NCBI RefSeq assembly: GCF_032191835.1
Contig: NC_083227.1
Location: 248,001 to 312,000 of the forward strand
Direction of reading: 5' to 3'
Length of the DNA stretch: 64,000 bases
Origin: Heteronotia binoei
Lineage: Eukaryota
Below, piece by piece: positions 12,537-24,000 of this stretch. A program made the position numbers and the translations under genes. The stretch's first letter is position 1. Each line of letters begins with the position of its first letter. Below the pieces are notes generated by a model. It was not told the DNA's origin. It did no database searches and saw only the letters and a program-made list of their open reading frames with translations.

Positions 12537-12964
12537 CACATCCCGCCCCACCTGCACCGAGGGCGGAAGGGCAGCCGTCAGGGGGGGAGAGGGAGGGAGG
12601 GAGAGGAGCCCCCAGATGCCCCCTGCTCCGCTCCGCCGGGGGGGGGGGAGGCGCCTGTCAATCAGCCCGGGGGGCTCAGGCGGCGGGACCCTCTGCAGCA
12701 GCAGCAGCAGCAGCGGCAGCCTCGCCTCCTTCCCTTCCTCCCTTCCCTCCTCGCAGCCCGGCCGAGTGACGCAGCAGCCAGCGCGGGGCGCAGCCAGGGG
12801 GGCATCCGAGCCACGCCGGCCCTGCTGATGCCGCTGCCGCTGCCGCCTGCGCAGACCCCCCTTCCCCCGCTCTCCCCCGGGAGACCCGCCGGGAGACCCG
12901 CAGCGCGCACGGCCCTCAGCCTCCAGGGAGGCCGGCCGTGCTGCGCAGCAACCCCCTGCGCACG

Positions 12965-14475
12965 CCCCCCATGACACCTGCGCCCCCCTGCAGCCCCCAG
13001 ACTCCCCCCACCCCCAGCCTCACCTGCGCCCCTCTGCAGCCCCTCCGACCCCAAGACTCCCCTCACCCCCAGTCTCACCTGCAGGCCCCCCATGACACCT
13101 GCGCCCCCCCTGCAGCCCCCAGACCCCCCAGCCTCCCCTGCAGGCCCCTAAAGACCCCCCCATGACACCTGCGCCCCCCAGACCCCACCCCCCAGCCTCA
13201 CCTGCGCCCCTCTGCAGCCCCGCCGGCCCCAAGACTCCCCCCACCCCCAGTCTCACCTGCAGGCCCCCCAAGACACCTGCGCCCCCCTGCAGCCCCAGGC
13301 TCCCCCCACCCCCAGTCTCACCTGCAGGCCCCCCCAGACCCCACCCCCCCAGCCTCACCTGCGCCCCTCTGCAGCCCCGCCGGCCCCAAGACTCCCCCCA
13401 CCCCCAGTCTCACCTGCAGGCCCCCCAAGACACCTGCGCCCCCCTGCAGCCCCCAGACTCCCCCCACCCCCAGTCTCACCTGCAGGCCCCCCATGACACC
13501 TGTGCCCCCCCAGACCCCACCCCCCCAGCCTCACCTGCGCCCCTCTGCAGCCCCGCCGGCCCCAAGACTCCCCCCACCCCCAGTCTCACCTGCAGGCCCC
13601 CCATGACACCTGCGCCCCCCTGCAGCCCCCAGACTCCCCCCACCCCCAGTCTCACCTGCAGGCCCCCCATGACACCTGCGCCCCCCTGCAGCCCCCGCCG
13701 GCCCCCAGACTCCCCCCACCCTCACCTGCAGGTCCCCCAAGACCCCCCCCGTGACACCTGTGCCCACTCCACCCCCAGCCTCACCTGCAGGCCCCCCAAT
13801 GACACCTGTGCCCCCCTGCAGCCCCCAGACTCCCCCCACCCCCAGTCTCACCTGCAGGGCCCCCAAGACCCATGACACCTGCGCCCCCCCGACCCCACCC
13901 CCCAGCCTCACCTGCGCCCCTCTGCAGCCCCGCCGACCCCAAGACTCCCCCCACCCCCAGTCTCACCTGCAGGCCCCCCATGACACCTGCGCCCCCCTGC
14001 AGCCCCCCAGACCCCCAGCCTCCCCTGCAGGCCCCTAAAGACCCCCCCATGACACCTGCGCCCCCCCAGACCCCACCCCCCAGCCTCACCTGCGCCCCTC
14101 TGCAGCCCCACCGGCCCAAGACTCCCCCCACCCCCAGTCTCACCTGCAGGCCCCCCATGACACCTGCGCCCCCCTGCAGCCCCCAGACTCCCCCCACCCC
14201 CCAGTCTCACCTGCAGGCCCCCCATGACACCTGCGCCCCCCTGCAGCCCCGCCGGCCCCCAGACTCCACCCCATCCCCCAGCCTCACCTGCAGGCCCCCC
14301 AGAACCCTCCAATGACACTTGCGCCCCCCTGCAGGCCCGCAGACTCCCCCCATCCCGTCTCAACTGCAGGCCCCCCAAGACCTCCCCGCAATGACACCTG
14401 CGCCCCCCTGACCCCCAGCCTCACCTGCAGGCCCCCCATGACACCTGCGCCCCCCCTGCAGCCCCCAGAGCCCCC
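12965..14475. repeat. C-rich complex minisatellite in the PHF1 5' region
   Basis: Shuffled repeats of CCCCATGACACCTGCGCCCCCCTGCAGCCCCC, AGACTCCCCCCACCCCCAGTCTCACCTGCAGG and CCCAGCCTCACCTGCGCCCCTCTGCAGC. Confidence 0.95.
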
Positions 14476-14619
14476 CAAGAGCTCCTCTGCTCGCCCCTTC
14501 ACGCGCCCTGCAGGAGCTCCTGGGGAGGGGGCTTTTCTCCAGCCCCTCCCCCATGCCACCTGCGCCCCCCGCCCCTTCAGGAGCTCCCCCCCTCAGCCCC
14601 CAGGCAGGCGGGCAGGCGC

Positions 14620-15080
14620 TGACCCTCAGCAGCAGCAGCAGCTCCTCGCGGGGCGCGGAGGGACGGGCGGAGTTCAACAGGTGCAGCGCGGCTCCAAGGA
14701 AGCTGCACCGGTTGGGTGGCCGCCCGCCCCGCCCCTCCCTCCAGGCCCCGCCCCCCCCGCCCAGAGACGAAGGCAGAGCAGGCCGCGCGTGCGCAGGGCC
14801 GAGGAGGAGGCGCTGCCCGCTGATTGGCCCGTCGCGCCCGGGAGGCCGCCCGCGGATTGGTCGCCAGGAGCCGGCGGACGCCATTGGCCGAGCAGCCCCG
14901 GCCGTGCCGCGGGGGCCGACGGAAGGGGCCGTTTGAATCGCGCTCGGGCGTTGGCGGAGGCGGGCGGAGGAGACGGTCCCGGGGCCGCCTGGAGGTTGGC
15001 AGCCTGGGCTTCTGCCGCCCCCTGCAGCACTTGGGGGCCCGACCGCCCCTCTCCCCCCGTGCAGCGCCCGGACTGCGAGG
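14620..15080. promoter_or_regulatory. CpG-island bidirectional promoter for PHF1 (minus) and KIFC1 (plus) with three CCAAT boxes and a CHR element
   Basis: ATTGG at 14823-14827, 14856-14860 and 14883-14887; TTTGAA at 14932-14937; high CpG density; lies between the putative PHF1 first-exon donor (14623) and the KIFC1 ATG (15081). Confidence 0.75.
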
Positions 15081-18000
15081 ATGCAAGACCCCCGGCTGCC
15101 CCCCGCCCTGGGGCTGCAGGTGAGTGGCAGGGAGGCGCTGCAGGCCTCTGGGCCTCTGGAGCTGCCTCTGCAGAACCAGACCAGACCCCCTGGTGCATTA
15201 GGGTCTTTCTGCAGGATCTCCAGCTCCACTCCTACTTGCCTGGACCCTGCTGAGCTGGAGATGCCGGGGACTGAACCTGGGACCTCCTGCTTACCCAGCA
15301 GATGCTCTGCCACTGAGCCACCCTCCCTCCTTAACATTTATGAAGCTGCCTCTGCAGAACCAGACCAGACCCCCTGGTGCATCAGGGTCAGGCTGACCGG
15401 CAGCAGCTCTTTCTGCAGGATCTCCAGCTCCACTCCTACTTGCCTGGACCCTGCTGAGCTGGAGATGCCGGGGACTGAACCTGGGACCCTCCTGCTCACC
15501 CAGCAGATGCTCTGCCACTGAGCCACCCTCCCTCCTTAACATTTATGAAGCTGCCTCTGCAGAACCAGACCAGACCCCCTGGTGCATTAGGGTCTTTCTG
15601 CAGGATCTCCAGCTCCACTCCTATTCGCCTGGACCCTGCTGAGCTGGAGATGCCGGGGACTGGACCTGGGACCTCCTGCTCACACCAGCAGATGCTCTGC
15701 CACTGAGCCACCCTCCCTCCTTAACATTTATGAAGCTGCCTTCTGCAGAACCAGACCCCCTGGTGCATCAGGGTCAGGCTGACCGGCAGCAGCCCTTTCT
15801 GCAGGATCTCCAGCTCCACTCCTACTTGCCTGGACCCTGCTGAGCTGGAGATGCCGGGGACTGAACCTGGGACCTCCTGCTCACCCAGCAGATGCTCTGC
15901 CACTGAGCCACCCTCGCCTCCTTAACATTTATGAAGCTGCCTTCTGCTGAACCAGACCAGACCCCCTGGTGCATCAGGGTCAGTCTCCTCAACAGCCTTT
16001 GTCTCCCTGGTGAGACCAGCTGCCGCTTCCAGCCAGAGAGCGCTTATTAGGGTTTGTAGAATCTTTCGGGCTCAAAAGGCTGTTGAGGAGACAGGCAGGA
16101 CATAGACAGGGTGAGATGAGCCAAATGGGGTGGGACGGTGGCTCAGTGGCAGAGCATCTGCTTGGTAAGCAGAAGGTCCCAGGTTCAATCCCTGGCATCT
16201 CCAAAAAAGGGTCCAGAGAGCGCTTATGTTTATCTGTTACGGTTTTAAGTCAGGGGTGTCAGACTCCCAGGTTGTGATGAGGGCCAGAACTGACACAAAT
16301 GAGACCTTCTCGGGCCGCGCGTGTGTCATAAAATGTAACGGAAGGTAGCAGAGATTTATAAAGGGCAAAGTTTTTTAAAAACTTAAAAAATGCATAAAAG
16401 GCTAGCGCTCTCGCAATATTTTTGTTTATTTAACAGTTTCTGGTAATTGACACTTCTTGCTCTGAATTATTGTATAAAATCTAGAGACAATGTTGGTGGT
16501 GCAGCAGTTCTCTTCAAGCGTCCATCTATAAGTTGCAAACCTACTTTGGTTTATTGACATTCAATAGAGAAATCTCATGGTCAATGCTTTTGAGCCTAAG
16601 ACTAAGGGGAAATATGACATGGCTGGGCCTTGTGAGCCTTTGTACATAAGAACATAAGAGAAGCCATGTTAGATCAGGCCAGTGGCCCATCCAGTCCAAC
16701 ACTCTGTGTCACATAAGAACATAAGAGAAGCCATGTTGGATCAGGCCAGTGGCCCCTCCAGTCCAACACTCTGTGTCGCATAAGAACATAAGAGAAGCCA
16801 TGTTGGATCAGGCCAGTGGCCCATCCAGTCCAACACTCTGTGTCGCATAAGAACATAAGAGAAGCCCTGTTGGATCAGGCCAGTGGCCCCTCCAGTCCAA
16901 CACTCTGTGTCACACAGTGGCCCAAAGAAATTATATATATACATACACACACACACACTGTGGCTAATAGCCACTGATGGACCTCTGCTCCATATTTTTA
17001 TCTAAACCCCTCTTGAAGGTGGCTGTGCTTGTGGCCACCGCCACCTCCTGTGGCAGTGAGTTCCACATGTTAATCACCCTTTGGGTGAAGAAGTACTTCC
17101 TTTTATCCGTTTTAACCTGTCTGCTCAGCAATTTCATCAAATGCCCACAAGTTCTTGTGAGAAAGGGGAAAAAATTGCTTCATGCGCTGCTCTTGTCAGC
17201 CAATGGAGAAAACAGAGGCTTTGCTCTGCACGCAGGACCCTCAGCTAATGTGCAGTTGAGTAAGCCTGGCAAAGCACACTGTGATGCAGAAGGAAGCAAG
17301 AGAGGGAGAAGGAAGCAGAGGCCAGTGAGTTGCTCGGGGGTCTGATATGGCCCTCAGGCCACATGTTTGACAACCCCGTTTTAAGTCATGACTTACTTCA
17401 TTGTTCTTTAAGTGAGTGAATATGAAAAAAATTGCAAGAGTACAAAAAACTTCTTTATGTAGATCAAATTAGGAACACATATTATTCTTTACCTCTCTCG
17501 ACTGCTCCTTGCCAGGAGCACCGCCATTTTGAAGTCCAGACAAATGCTGTAGTGCAGGGGTGGCCAACGGTAGCTCTCCAGATGTTTTTATGCCTACAAC
17601 TCCCATCAGCCCCAGCCATTGGCCATGCTGGCTGGGGCTGATGGGAGTTGTAGACAAAAAAAATCTGGAGAGCTACTGTTGGCCACCCCTGCTATAGTGG
17701 AAACTACTGTAGAGGGGAATTGCTATGTTTAAGGATCTATCTTAAGACTAAAACATAAAATACAATTTCTATTATTTTTACTGTAGTGGTTTCCAGGCCT
17801 CGGATTCAGTGGGAGCTCACAGGAGCACAGCTCCTGAACCTTTCTGAGAGTTCCACCTCCGCCTTCCCACCTTGTCCAATGAACAGGAGGTGCAGCTGCA
17901 TAACAATCCCTGGATGAGCTTCACCACCGATTTTTCTACAAAATGACCCCTGTTGGTTTCACAAAGATTAGATACATCTGAGAGATTCAGGAGTGTTTGG

Positions 18001-21000
18001 GAAGTGGGTATTTTGTAAAGGCCCAATTATGTGCAGCTCACGTGACTATCAAGGCCATTTCATTTGTCTCTGATTCTGTGATGCAAGCCTTCCACAGCAT
18101 AGAATGAATTTCCCGATAATAACGTTGTAAGCTGGGGATCTGCTTGTTATTTACCTAGCAAGGTCTATTTCGCCTAGCAGTTCCCAATTATTTCTTTAAG
18201 GATGTAAGAATGAGAATGTTGCTGACAGATCTAAGTCCTGAAAAGCTTTAGACCTGCACTTGTTCAGATACTACCATAGTAACAGACCACAATAACATCA
18301 CTCTTCTCCATTTTATCCTTGCAACGACACAGTGAGATAGGTTAGAGTGAGAGGTTGGAATTGGCTCGAGGTCAACCAGCCGGCTTCCACGGCAGAGAGG
18401 AGATCTGATCTAGTCCAGCATTCTAGCTGTGACGCTGCTCTGACTGCCCCCACAATGCCCCTGCTGCACCCTCCAGCCCCATATGGTAGGGCAGGCGTGG
18501 TGTGCAGGAAGATGAGGGGATTAGATGGACATCTGGAGCAGAGGTCCATCAGTGGCTATTAGCCACAGAGTATTGTTGGAACTCTCGGTCTGGGGCAGTG
18601 ATGCTCTGTGTTCTTGGGGCTTGCGGGGGGGGGGCATAGGGAGAGGTCTTCTAGTGCCCTGGCCCCACTGACGGACCTCCTGATGGCACCTGGGGTTTCT
18701 TGGCCACTGTGTGACACAGAGTGTTGGACTGGATGGGCCATTGGCCTGATCCAACATGGCTTCTCTTATGTTCTTATGGGACACAGAGTGTTGGACTGGA
18801 TGGGCCACTGGCCTGATCCAACAGGGCTTCTCTTATGTTCTTATGGGACACAGAGTGTTGGACTGGATGGGCCACTGGCCTGATCCAACAGGGCTTCTCT
18901 TATGTTCTTATGGGACACAGAGTGTTGGACTGGACGGGCCACTGGCCTGATCCAACAGGGCTTCTCTTATGTTCTTATGGGACACAGAGTGTTGGACTGG
19001 ACGGGCCACTGGCCTGATCCAACAGGGCTTCTCTTATGTTCTTATGTGACACAGAGTGTTGGACTGGAGGGGCCATTGGCCCGATCCAGCATGGCTTCTC
19101 TTATGTTCTTATGTGACACAGAGTGTTGTTCTAGAGGGGCCATTGGCCTGATCCAACAGGGCTTCTCTTATGTGACACAGAATGTTGTACTGGAGGGGCC
19201 ACTGGCCTGATCCAACAGGGCTTCTCTTATGTTCTTATGGGACACAGAGTGTTGGACTGGACGGGCCACTGGCCTGATCCAACAGGGCTTCTCTTATGTT
19301 CTTATGTGACACAGAGTGTTGGACTGGATGGGCCATTGGCCCGATCCAGCATGGCTTCTCTTATGTTCTTATGTGACACAGAGTGTTGTTCTGGAGGGGC
19401 CACTGGCCTGATCCAACAGGGCTTCTCTTATGTTCTTATGGGACACAGAGTGTTGGACTGGATGGGCAACTGGCCTAATCCAACATGGCTTCTCTGATGT
19501 TCTTATGAAGGGGGGCTTCCTATTAGGTACTTCTTGGTGCTTTGCTTCCAATGTTCCCTTCCTTCCCACCTCAGTTACCACTCACAGAACAGAAGGCAAA
19601 TGTGGATGGTGGACGGCTGCCCCTGCTGAAAGCCGCCTCCCCGGCTTCCTGTGGCTAGCTTGCGGCCCAAACGACCTGCCACCAATGAGAACGAGCCCCC
19701 GAGGGACAATCGGGTGAGAAGGGGGGGCGTGTTTGTTCCTCTCTGGACTAAGTTGCACCCCTGCTGGGTAACCATCTGCTCTCTGCTTGTTGCTTCCAGA
19801 AACGCCCCCGTGACCATCTTGTTCCCCCCAAGAGAGGAGCCATGTCGGTTGCTGTCTCCCAGCCGAAAGAGGCCCCTGCTGCTTCTGCCCCTCGCGGCCG
19901 GCGTGTGCCTGGTGAGCTGGGAGGGGAACGGTGGGCTGGAGCCCTCTGCCTGCCCCACCTCCCTCCCTCCCTCCCTCTTAACAGTGTTTTCCTGCAGGCC
20001 GTCGCTCGTCTTCGCGAGCAGGGAGAATCATGGCAATGGCTTCCACAACAGGTAGGGAGGGAAGGGGCGCTCTGCGGGGGGGTGGGGGCTGCCCTTGGCA
20101 GGCAGAAATTCCCGGCTTCCATTTTTTGGTCTTCCTGCAGCCAGTTGGGGGTTGTGTTCAGGCCCCACATCCGTCCGGGGCCCTGTTTCCTGCTTCAGCT
20201 GGGGGGAGGGAGGGGGGGCGATCATGGCCTTGTCCATCCACCCTCCACTCTCTCACTTCCCTTCCAGTGCTGAGCCGGAGGCCCGTGCCTACAACAGCAG
20301 CTCCTAAATCAGGTAGGAACTCGCTGAGAACCACTTCTGGTGTTTGTGAGCGGGAGAATTTCTTCCCAGCACTCGTTTCCTGGGGGAAAAGCTTTAGGGA
20401 GCGCTGACAAAAAACGCTTGCCTTGGAATGTCTGAAAGGCAAAGTTTCCCTCAGGATCTGTAAGCATGAGCCGTAAACGTACTATTCTCAAAGCTTGAGT
20501 CCACTGGCGCTTAAAAGACTAGCAAAGTTATATTCAAGCTCAAAGCTTTTGTGTGCAAATCTGAAAAAGCATGCTCCTACGTGGCAACTTAAACCTCGAA
20601 TCAAACTTTGTTGGTCACCAAGGTGTCACGAGATTGGCTTTACTCCCCGCAGCAGACAACCTGTGAGGTGGGGGGGGCTGAGAGAGTTCTCAGAGATCTG
20701 CACTTCGAAGAACAACTCTGTGAGAACTCTTGCTGACCCCAGATCACCCAGCAGCTGCAGGTTATTATAGTAGAGAACTGAATATTTAGCCATCTTCAAC
20801 TTTGCTTGGTAGTTTCATCTGCAGAATTTCTTTCTCGGAGACAGCAGTAATTAAGTGCCATCAGTTATAGTAGCAAAGAATGCAACAGCTCATAATTTTC
20901 GCAAGCGCTGAGTAAACTTGAAAATTTTCTGTTTAATTCTGTAGGAAGGCCAAATAGTATAAATTTATACGTCAACATAAGTGAGGCCTTTTGTGTTAAG

Positions 21001-24000
21001 CCGGTTTGTTGTAGCGGTGAAGAGTGCAGACTCTTATCTGAAAGAACCTCCACTTGCAGCTGCTGGAATGGCCTTGGATCAACCATAGCTTTCATAGGAG
21101 TTGTCCTTGAAAGGGCAGCGTCTGGGAGAGCTCTCTCAGCCTCACCTACCTCATAGGGTGTCTGTTGCGGGGGGGAGGTAGAAGGAGATTATGACGGCTC
21201 TGAGACTGTGAGATTCAGAGTTCAGGGCGGGATATAAATCCAATATCATCTTCTTAACTGAACAGAAGGAGCTTAGTTTGATAGAAAGCGTTGCTCATGT
21301 TTTCAGTTTTTCCTACAGTTCTTCCCCCCCTGGATTTTTTAACCTCTCTGGGCGCCTCCCCCTCCTGTGTGTTTGTCTGTCTGCCTCCACAGCCCCTCCC
21401 GGCCCGGCCCCCTCCGGGGCTGGAGAGAAGAAGCGGGCCCCCTGGGACCTGAAGGGCAGCTGGGCGACCTCCGGGCCAGAGTCAGCGTCCTGAAGGAGAA
21501 GTCGCAGGGCCTGGACAGCGAGAACCGAGCCCTGAAGCAGCAGGTGGCTGCCTGGAGCTGGAGCGGCAGCAGCTGGTGGCTCAGAACGGGGAGCTGGGCT
21601 CCCGAGCCAGGTGAGCACGCCTGCCCCCCTGCCCTCCCTCCCTCTCTCTCCCTTCCCCGCTCTGGCTGGCTCCTGATCTCCTTGCTCCCCTAGCTCCCTG
21701 GCCTCGGAGCTGCGCGGCTGGCAAGAGCAGGCCAAAGAGAACCTCCAGAGAGGTCTCCGAGCTCCTGGCCCGAGAGCAGCAGCTGGAAGAGATGGTGGGC
21801 AGCCAGAAGCAGAGGATTAGGGAGCTGGAGGGGGCCAAGAAGGAGCTGGAGGAGGCCCACTGGGGCCTGGCTGCCCGGCTGGATGCCACAGAGGTGAGCG
21901 GGAGCTGGAAATAAGGGAATGGGGAGCAGAGCCACCGTGGGGGGATGGGGGGGCTGGCTGCACATGGGAGGAGGCCTTCTCCCCCCCAAGAGGGATCCCG
22001 AAGGCGTGTGGAGGCTGCAGCTCAGTGGCTGGGCCCAGCCGGATGTGGGCAGCAGTGTCCCTGCCAGGCCAGGCTGGAGAGAGCATGCTTCCCTTGGCTC
22101 CGGGCTGGGCAGGGCTTAGGACTGGTGGGCTGCTGGAGGCAACGGGAGAAAGTGAGAGGGGCTCTTGTCGCTCTGCTAGTCCAGCTGCGACTGGCCGAGG
22201 AGGCTCTGGCCCAGCGAGCCTTGCAGGTCGAAGCCTTACAGTCCCCGCGTGGCGGAGCAGGACCAGCGGCTGCACGAGTCGGAAATGGAGCGCCGGTGCT
22301 TGCACAACATGGTGCAGGAGCTGAAGGTGTGTGGGGGGGTAGCTCTGGCTGAGCCAGTTGAGTGGGGGGGCTGCCTCCTGACACCAGGCTCCCTCCCTCC
22401 CTCCCTCCCTCTTGCAGGGCAACATCCGCGTCTTCTGCCGTGTCCGGCCTCTGCTGCCAAGCGAGAAGCAGGGCCAGAAGGGGATGGGGCACCTCCGATT
22501 CCCTCCCGAGGACAACAAGGCCCTGGTGCTCTCCAAGGCCGAAGAGGTGAGTCTGGCCGCCTCTGCCCAGCAGCGTTGCTCTCCTTTGCTCCTGCGCTGG
22601 GGCGGGGACAAGGGGGTCTGCGAAGCCCCAAGCAGAAGAACCCCTGGCCGGCCGGCCGGCCTGCCTCTTGAGGCTCGGAGACTCTCCCACACGGAGAAGG
22701 GGGGGAGTTCTGATAGGGGAGCTGTCAAGAATTCAGGTGTGGAGAGGGGAGCTGTTGGACACCTACAGACAAAATCTTCTGGGCAAACATTGGACAGGAC
22801 TTAGCAGAGACAGAATGGAAGCAGAAAGGCAGAATCCCCATTACCTTTGAAGCTGCAGTGGGGAGGGGGGAGGAGTGACAGGAACATTTGTGGTTCTTTC
22901 TAGAAAATAGAACATAAGAGAAGCCCTGTTGGATCAGGCCAATGGCCATCCAGTTCAATGTGTCACACAGTGGCCAAAAAAATTATATATACACACACAC
23001 GCACATACACCCTGTGGCTAATAGCCACTGATGGACCTGTGCTCCATATTTTTATCTAATCTCCTCTTGAAGCTGGCTATGCTTGTGGTCGCCACCACCT
23101 CCTGCGGCAGTGAATTCCACATGTTGATCACCCTTTGGGTGAAGAAGGACTTCCTTCTATCCGTTCTAAACCTGACTGCTCAGCAATTTCATCGAATGCC
23201 CACAAGTTCTTGTATTGTGAGAAAGGGAGAAAAGGACTTCTTTCTCTACTTTCTCCATCCCATGCATAATCTTGTAAACCTCTATCATGTCACCCCACAG
23301 TCGACGTTTCTCCAAGCTAAAGAGTCCCAAGCGTTTCAACCTTTCTTCATAGGGAAAGTGCTCCAGCCCTTTAATCATTCTAGTTGCCCTTTTCTGGACT
23401 TTCTCCAATGCTATAATATCCTTTTTGAGGTGCGGCGACCAGAACTGCACACAGTACTCCAAGTGTGACCGCACCATCGATTTATGCAGGGGCATTATTG
23501 CGTCACCCTCAGCACCTCTCGCTCCCAGAGCAGCATCCTGTCAGCCACTTAGGCAGCATGTAAAACGGCCCCGTCTGGCATGTTTCTGGCATCAAAATGC
23601 AAAATGGCCAGTGTGCCTTGGAGAGCACTGCAGGCTCTGCTGCTCCGTTCTGCCTGGAGAGGAGGCGGCTGAGAGGGGATCTGATCCCCGTCTTCAAGGA
23701 CGTGAAGGGCTGTCCGAGAGAGGAGGGGGCAGAGCTGTTTTCTGATGCTCTAGAAGGCCGGAGCAGAACCGGCGGGTTGCAATTAAATCCGAAGAGTTTC
23801 TGGCTGAACATGAGGAAGGGTGGGGGTGGGCCAGAGCAGCGCGAAGTCCGGCAGAGGGTTGGCGACTCCAGGGAGGAAGAAAGAGTCCTCCCACCCTGCT
23901 GGCCCTCACTCGCTTTCCAGGACGAGGGTGCTGGTGACGGTGCCATCGTGTGGGTGGGCAGGCGAAGGGTGCCTCTGAGGGATGAAGTCGGTGGGCCCGG

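Noticed and set aside
12960-14470. Pro/Thr- or Gly-rich repeat proteins (mucin- or collagen-like ORFs)
   Set aside because: They are translations of a non-coding minisatellite in all six frames, with no signal peptide and no consistent frame.
16132-16203. tRNA genes at 16132, 39011 and 39235
   Set aside because: They have A/B boxes but continue into a shared SINE body and CR1-like tail, so they are SINE heads and not tRNA genes.
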